In this document: one piece after another, positions 52,416 through 64,000 of the stretch
Position numbering within the stretch: position 1 is the first letter of the stretch
Layout of the letters: every line of letters starts with the position of its first letter
Source of the DNA: Leucoraja ocellata
Lineage: Eukaryota
Length of the DNA stretch: 64,000 nucleotides
NCBI GenBank assembly: GCA_036785375.1
Contig: JAWMAR010000424.1
Location: 558,001 to 622,000 of the forward strand
Direction: 5' to 3'
Translations under genes and position numbers: made by a program
The notes under the pieces: model-generated
Told to the model about the DNA's origin: nothing
Seen by the model: only the letters and a program-made list of their open reading frames with translations
Databases searched by the model: none

Positions 52416-54407
52416 TATCCATGTACCTGTCTAAATGTTTCTGAAACATTGTGATAGTAACTGCCTAAACTACCCCCACCAGCAGCTTACTCCTTACACC
52501 CACCACACTTTGAGTAAAAAAATTATCCCATAGAATCCTATTAAATCGTTCCCCTCTCACCTTAAACCTATGTGTAATATGAAAAAGTGACACAAAGTGC
52601 TGAAGTGACTCAACGGCTCAGGCAGCATCTCTGGAGAACATGGATAGGTGACAGTTTGGGTTAGGACCCTTCTTCAGACTAATTGTAGAATCTAACTGAT
52701 TCAGTCCTGATATCAGATGCTGTCTGTGTGGAGTTTTTAGACTGAAGAAGGGTCCTGACTGAAACCTCGGGGTGGAAACAAAGCCTGGTAAGGCCCAGAA
52801 CAGCATGGATATAGGAAGGGGAATTAATATGGTTAGCTTACTTAGCCCCAGTTCCCGCTCTGCAACCCTGAAACATCGCTTGCCCATTTCCCTCTACGCT
52901 GACCCGCTGAGTTCCTCCAGTAATTTGTGTTTTGCTCAAGATTCTGGCATCTGCATTTCCTGTCGTCCTTTAAATTTACCGTCCTCACTGAAATCGCCGC
53001 AGCATTACTGTGTGGCATCAAGGCATGCGGTGGGGAGGGGAGGGAGGTGCGAAGAGGTAAAGATGTGGGAGAGGGAGAGACAGGGAAGTGGAGGGGGAGA
53101 GAAAGACAGAGTGACTGAGAGCTGATAGGAAAGAGTATGGGAATGAGGGAGGGAGGTGGGAGAGTGCAGGACACATTGCAAGAAGGGAACTGAAGGGAAA
53201 TTGTTGTGATATTTACGATTTATACTTTTATGCATTGGAAGGGTTTAGGGAACCGTATAACCATTGACGTTAAGCATTGTTCTGAGCCAGTCTGTTAATG
53301 GTGCAGTCCCTCAGCTGTACACAAATCACCCCTAACCTCAGCTGTACACAAATCACCAGGGGTGCCGAAAGATTGGCAGCCCCGCCAACAGTCTGTCCAT
53401 TTTTTTGTCTTTTAAACATTTTTTAGTATGTGTTAAAAGTGTGTGTAAATGTTCTCCGGTTTGTTTTATGTGGGGGTTGGGGGAAACTTTTTTTTCAGTT
53501 TCTTACCTTGCCGGAGATGTAATTTTTTTCCGGGTTGCATCTCTGGTCACTCCGCGGCCGACCATCAATGGAGCTGGAGAACTCCTTGGATTGACTTTGA
53601 GCCCCACAGCGGGGCATGAACTTAACATCGGAGCCGATCTTTTGCCTGGGATCGCTCCAACCACGGGAGAGGCTAGTCGGGAGCTCCAACGACGCAGAGG
53701 CTCGACCATCCCCGACACGGTGTTCGGTCGCCCGGCGCGGGGGAGCTGACATCCCCCCGATGCAGGAGCTCATCGCCCCGTGCAGAGGGCCAAAATGCCA
53801 CCAGCTACGGGAGTCAAGATCATCCCGTCAACGGAGGGCTCAAGGACACTGACCACGGAGAGCAAAGAAGAGAGAGATTTGAACTTTTTAACATCTTCCA
53901 TCACAGTAAGGAAAGTAGAGGAGTCACCGTGGTGGATGTTTATGTTAAAATGTATTTTGTGTGTTCCGTTGCTTTGTATTTGTATGACTGACTTGGCAAA
54001 TGAAATTCCTCGTATGTTGCAAAACATACTTGGCTAATAAAGTATTATTGTGATTGTGACCTCAGCTGTACACCAATCACCCCCAAACCTCACCTTTACA
54101 CCAATCACCCCCTAACCTCACCTGCAAATGCCTATCATCACCTTCCTCACCTGTATCTACCTGTCACTTGCCAAATTCAGTCCTGTCCCTACCGCTATTT
54201 CCCACCCTTTTCTGCCCCACCCCCCGCCCCCCACACCATCTCCACTCAGTCCAAAGAAGGGTCACATTAGGTGCGGACACTGTGGGCCGAAGGGCCTGTT
54301 CCTCTATGGAGACACAAGGAACTGCAGATGCTGGAATCTTGAACAAAACACAAAGTGCTGGGGCCACTCAGCAGGTCAGTCAGCATCTGTGGAGGGAATG
54401 CACTGGT

Positions 54408-54840
54408 CTTCTTCTTCTTCTTCGAGTCCGTTGCAATCTCAGATGTCGTTGTGCCAGTTACTGGCGCAGGTCACAGCTGGTCGGGTCGGTTCAGCCAGGT
54501 CCTGGGGGCTGCACTGGGGGGCATCGTCACACTCCAGTAGGTGGGACATTGTCTGTACTGCTCCACAGCTGCATGTGTCTTCTGCCTGGTAGTTCCATGC
54601 TTTCATAAGTGCTTTGCACCTCCCCTGCTCCACTCGTAATCTGTTGAGGGTCTTCCAGGTTGGCCATGGGAGGTCGTGCCCGCTGGCGAGGCATTCAGTC
54701 GTAGTGATTCCTCTCTCCATCCAGTCGTGGGCTCGTGTGTTGAGCTGGTTCCATTCATCTTTCCAGATGTTGGTCCTTGCTGTTTCTTTGGTCGTCTGGA
54801 GAGGTGGGACTGTCTGCAAGAAACTGGCACTGGTGACATT
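54408..54840 (-). mobile_element. Non-LTR retrotransposon 3' fragment with a CCHC motif and (GAA)n tail
   Basis: WKTLNRLRVEQGRC...CSCGAVQTMSHLLEC; TTC repeats at 54408-54423 on the + strand. Confidence 0.7.
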
Positions 54841-55418
54841 TGATTAAAGTCTGAAGAAGGGTCCCAACTCAAAATGCTGAGTTTCTCCAGCTTTTTTGTG
54901 TACCTTCGATTTTCCAGCATCTGCAGTTCCTTCTTAAACTCCCAACTCAAAATGTTGTCTCTCCATTCCCTCAACAGATGCTGCATGACGCGTTGAGTTT
55001 CCCTTGCACTTTGTGTTCAGCAGTACTGTTCTCTATTAAGAATTATATGTATTATTATAAATAAAATGTATCTTTGAAATTAAAAATCCCCTCCATAGAT
55101 GATTCCTGATGCACTCCAGTACTTTGTGTTTTGCAGTACTGTTCAATTAAGAGTTTTATATACATATTTTATCATGACTAAAGTTTAATTTTGACATAAA
55201 ACACATTCCCACAACAGATGCTGCCTGACCCGTTACTGCAGCACCCTGTTTTTTGATAACGAGGATACTTTATTCACTTGTACCCAGCTAGGTACAGTGA
55301 AAATCTTTGTTTTTGCATAAAAAGTAAAGAAAAGAGTCACCACAAAGCCACCGACAATGTTACAAAAAGTACTTATCCCTTGGTATTTCGCTCCCTGGAG
55401 CGAGAAGTACTAGTCTCC

Positions 55419-55560
55419 CCTGGAGCTCCATCCACGGTCCAGACCTGGAGCTCCATCCACGGTCCAGACCTGGAGCTCCATCCACGGTCCAGACCTGGAG
55501 CTCCATCCACGGCCCGACCTGGAGCTCCATCCACGGCCCGGACCTGGAGCTCCATCCACA
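55419..55560. repeat. 25-bp tandem repeat (CCTGGAGCTCCATCCACGGTCCAGA)
   Basis: About 5.5 copies visible. Confidence 0.85.
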
Positions 55561-56042
55561 GCCAGGTTGTGCGAGGCTCCGACCTCGTCCTCGACGTTCC
55601 GATTCAACACTGAAGACTCCGACCCGGCACCGCGCCGGCATCTCCCTACAGGGCCGGCGACGCCCAGCTCGAGTCTGTACTCTATGTATTTATTTTATAT
55701 ATTTATTTATTATAGATACAGTTTGTTTTCACAATAAAACCAATCCCCTCCACAGTTGTTGCCTGACCCACCTCGTTACTCCAGCACGTTTCCCATTGCT
55801 GGACTGGCCTATGTGCTATTAAGCATCTTCATTTGCGGATGACACAAAGCTGGGAGGCAGAGTGTGCACCAGTGTGTGTGTCTCTGCCCGGGACAGCTGT
55901 GTGTGTGTGTGTGTGCGCCACTCTGTGTCGGACAGAACAGTGTATGTGTGAACGCGGTTGCCCATCGCCTGTGGAGCCGGTGCGGACACAGACGAGCTCT
56001 CCCCGCCCGCCTGCCACGCCAGCGCAGAGTCAATGTACGGAC

Positions 56043-56060
56043 GAAAGTGAAAGTGAAAGT
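56043..56060 (+). promoter_or_regulatory. Tandem IRF-binding element / ISRE (GAAAGTGAAAGTGAAAGT)
   Basis: Three perfect GAAAGT hexamers about 165 nt upstream of the gene B ATG, inside a CpG-rich region. Matches the IRF-E consensus GAAANNGAAA. Confidence 0.7.
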
Positions 56061-56103
56061 AAAGAGCGCGGAGGTTTGGGCGGTGCTCAGGGTGCTGGGG
56101 CAC

Positions 56104-56208
56104 CAGGGCCGCGGGTGTCGGGGCTCAGGGCCGCGGGTGTCGGGGCTCAGGGCCGCGGGTGTCGGGGCTCAGGGCGGCGGGTGTCGGGGCACCAGAGCGG
56201 TGTCGGGG
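56104..56208. repeat. 22-bp GC-rich tandem repeat between the ISRE and the gene B ATG (CAGGGCCGCGGGTGTCGGGGCT)
   Basis: About 4 copies visible. Confidence 0.85.
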
Positions 56209-56223
56209 TGAAGCTAGGCGGCC

Positions 56224-56299
56224 ATGCCGTGCAGTGGCGACTTGCGGCCGGCCCTGTTCCCGGGACTCATCGCTATGCTCGCCCTGCTCGGGGCCGCAG
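56224..56299 (+). CDS. NCR3LG1: Gene B exon 1: signal peptide (MPCSGDLRPALFPGLIAMLALLGAA)
   Basis: Kozak-like context gccATG, hydrophobic core, phase-1 donor GCAG|gtaagg, CpG-rich context. Splices in frame to 58437. Confidence 0.8.
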
Positions 56300-56387
56300 G
56301 TAAGGCGGAGCTGGGACGCTACCTCTCTCACACCCAGAGGCAAGGGCGACACTGCCGCCGCATCCCGACTCCCCCTCACCAAGGAAT

Positions 56388-57430
56388 GCACACTCACACC
56401 AGTGTACACTCACTCCAGTGTACACTCACACTCACTCCAGTGTACACTCACTTCCACACCAGTGTACACTCACACTCACTCCAGTGTACACTCACACTCA
56501 CTCCAGTGTACACTCACTTCCACACCAGTGTACACTCACACTCACTCCAGTGTACACTCACACCAGTGTACACTCACTTCCACACCAGTGTACACTCACT
56601 TCCACACCAGTGTACACTCACACTCACTCCAGTGTACACTCACTTCCACACCAGTGTACACTCACACTCACTCCAGTGTACACTCACTTCCACACCAGTG
56701 TACACTCACTTCCACACCAGTGTACACTCACACTCACTCCAGTGTACACTCACACTCACTCCAGTGTACACTCACACTCACTCCAGTGTACACTCCCTTC
56801 CACACCAGTGTACACTCACACTCACACCAGTGTACACTCACACTCACTCCAGTGTACACTCACACTCACTCCAGTGTACACTCACTTCCACAACAGTGTA
56901 CACTCACACTCACTCCAGCGTACACTCACACTCACTCCAGTGTACACTCACTTCCACAACAGTGTACACTCACATTCATTCCAGTGTACACTCACACTCC
57001 AGTGTACACTCACTTCCACAACAGTGTACACTCACACTCACACCAGTATACACTCACACTCACTCCAGTGTACACTCACTCCAGTGCACACTCACACTCA
57101 CTCCAATGTACACTCACACTCACTCCAGTGTACACTCACTCCAGTGTACACACACTCACTCCAATGTACACTCACACTCACTCCAGTGTACACTCACTTC
57201 CACACCAGTGTACGCTCACACTCACTCCAGTGTACACCCACACCAGTGTACGCTCACTCTCACACTTATGTACACTCAATCTCACACCAACATACACGCT
57301 TTCACCAATGCCCATTTACTCTCACCGATGTACACACACTCACACATATGTACACACAATCAAACACCAATGCACACTCAATCTCACACCACTACACAGT
57401 TTCCCACCAATGTACACTCAATCTCACACC
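56388..57430. repeat. Intron-1 minisatellite (CACTCCAGTGTACACTCA)n
   Basis: About 1 kb array containing the palindrome AGTGTACACT in most units. Confidence 0.92.
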
Positions 57431-58436
57431 TACCAGTGACAAGTTGCATTGATACTAAATGTTCTCTGCACTCTTTACAGTTTATTGCCATAAATCTGAA
57501 AAAGGTGCAGAGAGGATTCAGCAGGATTTTGGCAGGGCCTGAGCTCTGGGGAGAGGTTGGGCAGGCTGGGACTATTCCTTGGAGGGCAGGAGGCTGAGGG
57601 GTGATCTTATAGAGGTGTATACTATCACGAGGGGAATAGATAAATATACACTCTTGCTCAGGGTAGGGGAATCAAGAACCACATAGGTTTAAGGTGAGGG
57701 GAGAAAGATTTAATAGGAACCTGAAGGACAATGTTTATCAACAAATGAATTAAAAATCTGGGGTAGATAAGAATGCTGGAGAAACTCAGCATCTATGGAG
57801 CGAAGGAATAGGTGACATTTTAGGTCGAGACCCTTCTTCAGATTATTGGGATTATTTTGCTAAAGTGAATACGAATTCATGATACATTTTCAAGTGGTGT
57901 GTACGTAGTTTGCAAGTTTTACCTGTAACTGCGTGGGTTTTCCCCGGTTTCCTTCCACACTCCAAAGACGTGCAGTTTCTTAGGTTAATTGGTTTATGTA
58001 AACTTATAAATTCTCCCTAGTGTGTAGGGTCATAAGAACATAAGTGATGGGAGTAGAATTAGGCCATTTGGCCCATCTAGTCTACTCCACCATTCAGTCA
58101 TGGCTGATCTATCTCCCTCCTAACCCGATTCTCCTGCCTTCTCCCCATAACCTCTGACACCCGTCCTAATCAAAAATCTATCTATCTCAGCCTTAACTAT
58201 ATCCACTGACTGCCTCCACAGCCTTCTGTGGCAAAGAATCCCACAGATTCACCAGGATAGTGCTCGTGTATCGCTGGTTGGCATGGACTCGATGGGCCAA
58301 AGGGGCTGTTCCCACTCTATCTCTAAACTAAATTTTCACACTGCACCACCGTGGCAAAATTCTCTAAACATTTGTTTCCTACTTTTTGTTTGGCGATTTG
58401 TTTGTAGACTGGCAACTTGTTTCTCTATGATTGCAG

Positions 58437-58793
58437 AAGGAGGAGATCTGGTTGTGTCAATGAATTCAAAAACGGTGGAAGTCTTTGTGAATAAAGATGC
58501 CCTTCTTGAATGCCGAGTGTCTGGTTACAAAACCAGTGAGATCGACCTTCAAAATGTGGGTGTCATCTGGTACCTTAAAAGGTTGGGGGCCCCCAAGGAG
58601 GAAGTGTATAAATTCAGCGCAGGAACGCATACACCTTACAGAAAAGATGCTGCGATTTTTGATGATGAGTTAAAGAAGGGAATTGCCTCTCTCTTCCTGC
58701 CACTTGTTCAATTTGATGAAGAAGGAGATTATACCTGCGTAGTCTTCATCAGCCCGGACCAGGGAAGCGGCAAATCTACAATGATTGTTTCAG
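58437..58793 (+). CDS. NCR3LG1: Gene B exon 2: Ig V-set domain, B7-H6 (NCR3LG1)-like
   Basis: ttgcag|AAGGAGG ... TCAG|gtaaaa, 357 nt, phase 1-1. Motifs DLVVSM, LECRV, VGVIWY, EVYKF, YRKDAAIFDDELKKGIASLFLPLVQFDEEGDYTCVVFISP parallel the human B7-H6 V domain as I recall it ([56 protein letters not shown]). Confidence 0.8.
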
Positions 58794-59819
58794 GTAAAAA
58801 CAATGAATAAATATTTCAGGCATGCACAGTGGCGCAGCGGGTAGATCTGCTATCTCACATTCCAGAGACACCGGTTCGATTCTGACCTCGTCAGTGTGGA
58901 GTTCGTACGTTTTCCCTGTAATTGGTTTGCTCCGGGTTCATCCCACCCTCTAAACATGTGCAGGTTTGTAGGTTAATTGGCTTTGGTAAAATTATTAAAT
59001 TGTCCCTACTGTGTAGGATAGTGCTAGTGTACGGGGTGATTGCTGGTCGGCATGGACTCGGTGGTGTAAAGGGCCTGTTTCCACTCCGTATCTCTAAAGC
59101 CTGAAGTCTAATGAATTTGTCCTCTGTTTATATGTCTTTGACATTTTCACCCAGGGATTAACCATTCTGACAATCTACTCTTTGAAACGGATCACAAAAA
59201 ATTATTCACTCAATCGTTATATATATGTAATTGCAAGCTGTGTAGCTATACACCTGTAAACTAAAAATAAAAATACCCAACACATCTCCACCATGTGTCT
59301 ACGCAACCTCCAACATTCCAGAGAAAACAATGCAAGTCTGTCCAACTTCTCCTTGTAGCTAATACCACCTAATACATCAACTTTCTACCCGGAAAAGGAC
59401 ATAAAATGCTGGAGTAACCCATGTGTTCCGACTCGAAACATCACCTGGGTTTGTTCTCCAGGGATGCTGCCTGACCCACTGTTACTCCAACAATTGGTGT
59501 CTTTTTGTAAACCAGCCCACCTACAGTTCTTTACATCGGCATTCTAGTTGATTGTGGGGAAAGGCTGTGGGTGGCACAGTGATAAATTTGCTGCCTTCCA
59601 GTGCCAGTGACTCAAGTTCCATCCTGACTACGGGTGCTATCTGTATGGAGTCTGTACATTTTCCCTGTCACCGTGTGGACTTCTGTAAATTGTCGCTAGT
59701 GTGTAAGATAGAATTAATGTACGGGGTGATTGATGGTCAACGCAGACTCGATGAGCCGAAGGTGCATCTCGAACCTAAACTAAACGTTTCAATTTGTGCA
59801 CTCATTACTTGTTTCGGAT

Positions 59820-62800
59820 TAGAAACATAGAAAATAGGTGCAAGAGGAGGCCATTCGGCCCTTCGAGCTTGCAATTCATTGTGATCATGGTCATGGTCAT
59901 GGTGATCATGGTCATCTCCTATCAATAACCCGTGCCTGCCTTCTCCCCATATCCCTTGACTCCACTAGCCCCTAGAGCTCTAGCTCTCTCTTAAATCCAT
60001 CCAGTGACTTGGCCTCCACTGTGGCAGGGAATTCCATAAATTCACAACTCTCTGGGTGAAAACATTTTTTCTCACCTCGGTCTTAAATGACCTCCCCTTT
60101 ATTCCACGACTGTGGCCCCTGCTTCTGGACTCGCCCAACAGTGGGAACATTTTTCCTGCATCTAGCTTGTCCAGTCCTTTTATAATTTTATATGTTTCTA
60201 TAAGAACACCCCTCATCCTTCTAAACTCCATGTGAATACAAGCCTAGTCTTTTCAATCTTTCCTCATATGACAGTCCCGCCATCCCAGGGATCAATCTCA
60301 TGAACCTACGCTGCACTGCTTCAATCACAAGGATGTCCTTCCTCAAATTAGGAGACCAAAACCGTACACAATACTCCAGATGTGGTCTCACCAGAGCCCT
60401 ATACAACTGCAGAATAACCTCTTTACTCCTATACTGAAATCCTCTTGTTATGAAGGCCAACATTCCATTAGCTTTCTTCACCTCCTGCTGTACCTGTAAG
60501 CCAACTTTCAGTGACCGGTGTACAAGGACACCCAGGTCTAGCTGTACCTCCCCCTTACCTAACCTAACCCTATTGAGATAATGAGGTACTTTTCCTTATT
60601 GAGATAATGCCTAACCCTATTGAGATAATGAGTACTTTTCCTTCGCTCCATAGATGCTGCTGCACCCGCTGAGTTTCTCCAGCTTTTCTGTGTAACCTAT
60701 TGAGATAATAATCTGCCCCCTTGTTTTTGCCGCCAAAGTGGATAACCTCACATTTATCTATATTATACTGCATCTGCCCACTCACTCAACCTGCCCAGGT
60801 CACCCTGCAACCTCCTAACATCCTCTTGACAGTTCACACTGCCACCCAGCTTTGTGTCATCTGCAAACTTGCTAGTGTTGCTCCAAATTCCCTCTTCCAA
60901 ATCATTAATATATATGGTAAATAGTTGCGGCCCCAACACCGAGCCATGCGGCACTCCACTCGCCACTGCCTGCTTTTCTGAAAAGGACCCGTTCACTCCT
61001 ACTTTGCTTCCGGTCTGCCAACCAATTTTCTATCCATGTCAACACCCTACCCCCAATACCATGTGCTCTAATTTTAGTCACCAGTCTCCCGTGCGGGACC
61101 TTATCAAAGGCTATCTGAAAGTCTAGATACACTACATCCACTGGCACCCCTTCATCCATTTACTCAGAGAGTGGTAGCTGTGTGGAATGAGCTTCCAGTG
61201 AAGGTGGTGGAGGCAGGTTCGTTTTTATCATTTAAAAATAAATTGGATAGTTATATGGACGGGAAGGGAATGGAAGGTTATGGTCTGAGGGCAGGTATAT
61301 GGGACTAGGGGAGAATATGTGTTCGGCACGGACTAGAAGGGTCGAGATGGCCTGTTTCCATGCTGTAATTGTTATATGGTTATATTATATGATTATATTT
61401 TACTTGTCACAACCTCAGAAAATTCCAGAAGATTAGTCAAGCATGATTTCCCTTTTATAAATCCATGTTGACTTGGACTAATCCTTTTACTGCAATCCAA
61501 ATGCCCCATTATTACCTCTTTAATAATTGACTCCAGCATCTTTCCCACCATCGAAGTCAGGCTAACTGGTCTGTAATTCCCCATTTTCTCTCTCGCTCCT
61601 TTCTTGACAAATAACATTAGCTATCCTCCAATCCACAGGAACTGATCCTGAATCTATTGAACATTGGAAAATGATCACCAATGCGTCCACTATTTCTAGT
61701 CACCTCCCTGAGGAACCTGGGATGCAGACCATCAGGTCCAGGGGATCAATCATCATTCAGTCCCATTCGCCTATCAAATACTATTTCTCGCCTAATGAAC
61801 ATTTCTTTCAGTTCCTCTACCCTCTTAGATCCTCCGTCCTCCAGTACATATAACCATATAACAATTACAGCACGGAAACAGGCCATCTCGGCCCTACAAG
61901 TCCGTGCCGAACAACTTTTTTTCCCTTAGTCCCACCTGCCTGCACTCGTACCATAACCCTCCATTCCCTTCTCATCCATATGCCTATCCAATTTATTTTT
62001 AAATGATACCAACCAACCTGCCGCCACCACTTCCACTGGAAGCTCATTCCACACCGCTACCACTCTCTGAGTAAAGAAGTTCCCCCTCATGTTACCTGTA
62101 AACATCTGTCCCTTAATACACCTGGGAGATTGTTTGCGTCTTCCTTAGTGAAGACAGATCCGAAGTACCTATTCAACTCTTCTGCCATTTCCTTGTTGCC
62201 CATAATAATTTCACCCGTGTCTGCCTTCAAGGGACCCACATTTGACTTTGCTACTCTTTTTCCCTTAACATATCTAAAGAAGCTTTTACTGTCCTTCTTT
62301 ACCTTAACATATCTAAAGAAGCTTTTACTGTCCTTTATATTCCTGGCCAGCTTCCCTTCATACTTCATCTTTTCAGCCCGTTTTGTTTCCTTCTGTTGTC
62401 CTATGAAAGTTTCCCAATCCTCTGGCTTCCGGCTACTCTTTGCTGTGTTATACATATTTTATTTTAGTTTTATTCTATCCCTAACGTCTCTTGTCAGCCA
62501 TTCCCTTAGAATCCCTAACGTCTCTTGTCCTACTGCCCTTAGAGTCTTTCTTCGTTTTTGGAATGAAATGATCCTGCGTCTTCCGGATTATGCCCAGAAA
62601 TTCCTGCCATTGCTGTTCCACCGTCATTCCTGCTAGGATCCCTTTCCAGTCTACCTTGGCTAGCTCCTCCCTCATGCCTTCATAGTCCCCTTTGTTCACC
62701 TGCATCACTGACATTTCCAATTTAACCTTCTCCTTCTCAAATTGCAGATTAAAACTAATCATGTTATGATCACTACCTCCGAGCGGTTCCTTTACCTCGA

Positions 62801-64000
62801 GTTCTCTTATCATATCTGGTTCATTGGACAACACTAAATCTGGTTGGCTCGATTACAAGCTGCTCTAAGAATCCATCTCGGAGGCATTCTACAAACTCTC
62901 TTTCTTGGGGTCCTGAACCAACCTGATTTTCCCAGTCTACTTGCATGTTGAAATCCCCCATCACCACAGTGGCATTACCTTTGTTACATGCCAGTTTTAA
63001 CTCCTGCTGTAACTTACACCCTACATCCGGGCTACTATTTGGGAGTCTGTAGATAACACCAATTAGTGTCTTCTTGCCTTTACAATTCCTCAACCCAATC
63101 CGCAGTGACTCTACCTCGTCAGTCCCTATGTCTTCCCTCACAAGGGACTGAATTCCATCCCTCACCAGCAGAGCTACCCCCCCTCCTCTGTCCACCTGTC
63201 TGTCCTTTCTATACGATGTATAACCCTGAATATTAAGTTCCCAGTCCCGATCACCCTGTAGCCACATCTCAGTAATCCCCACAATGTCATATCTACCAAC
63301 CTCTAACTGAGCCTCAAGCTCATCTACTTTACTTCTTATACTTCGCACATTCATATACAATACTTTTAATTCCTTACGCATCTCACCTTTCACATCGATC
63401 CCTATTACACTTGGCCATACTCTCCTATCTCTTTTTGAGCTTCCTTTCCCGTTAATTCTGGGGTCATTAACCATCCCGTTGCTCCCTTTCCCTTTAACTC
63501 CATCCTCGACTATCCCATTTGACACCCCACCCCCCTTATTCAGTTTAAAACCACCCGTGTAGCAGTGGCAAACCTGCCTGCCAGAATGCTGGTCCCCCAC
63601 CTGTTAAGATGCAATCCGTCCCTTTTGTACAGTTCCCCCTTACTCCAAAACAGATCTCAGTGATCTAAGAATCTAAATCCCTGCCCCGTGGACCAGTTCC
63701 TCAGCCACACATTCAGGTCCCGTATCTCCCTGTTCCTGCTCTCGCCAGCACGAGGAACTGGAAGCAAACTGGAGATAACAACCCTGGAGGTCCTGCTTTT
63801 TAGCATTTTTCCGAGCTCTCTAAAGTCACGCTGCAGAATATTCATCCCCTTCTTTCCGACATCGTTTGTGCCGACATGCACTACCACTTCCGGATGTTCA
63901 CCTTCGCCCTTGAGGATTTTCTGCACTCTGTCCGTGACATCCTGGATCCTGGCACCAGGAAGGCAGCACACCATCCTCGAATCCCGTCTGTTGCCGCAGA
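59820..64000 (-). mobile_element. Near full-length degenerate CR1 LINE (ORF1 SGNH esterase, AP endonuclease, RT) with nested CR1 3' fragments at about 61160-61390 and 61850-62095
   Basis: VVVHVGTND and CLPGARI (esterase, 63657-63974); YMNVRSI, GITEMWL, GGGVALLV, MGDFN (APE); RT motifs downstream. Confidence 0.92.

Noticed and set aside
56159-57597. ORFs of 344-457 aa rich in H/T/S/V
   Set aside because: Translations of the intronic minisatellite. Only 56224-56299 is a real exon, ending at a strong GTAAGG donor.

Overview
Eukaryotic, repeat-rich genomic DNA with N gaps. The CR1, Penelope and tRNA-SINE repeat content suggests a cartilaginous fish such as a skate; the taxon is an inference. Two + strand immunoglobulin-superfamily genes lie among the transposons. 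Gene A (965-43386, 5' end outside the window) has an unusual order: a transmembrane exon (965-1078), five C1-set-like Ig exons, one dead Ig exon, seven 45-nt acidic micro-exons created by ~1-1.7 kb tandem duplications, and a terminal Ig-like exon. All internal junctions are phase 1. Excluding the dead exon, the exons splice into an open frame of about 835 aa, with about 800 aa C-terminal to the membrane span. Four of the six intact post-TM Ig domains have lost one or both canonical cysteines, consistent with a cytoplasmic Ig-domain chain. Gene B starts at 56224 with a signal-peptide exon and a V-set exon closely resembling B7-H6/NCR3LG1, preceded by a triple GAAAGT IRF/ISRE element. The likely reading is a B7-H6-like gene cluster whose members carry intracellular Ig arrays. 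The rest is CR1 LINEs, Penelope-like elements with hammerhead-like motifs, a DIRS tyrosine-recombinase retrotransposon, an internally deleted Gypsy LTR element, Harbinger/hAT/Tc1 non-autonomous elements, SINEs and minisatellites.
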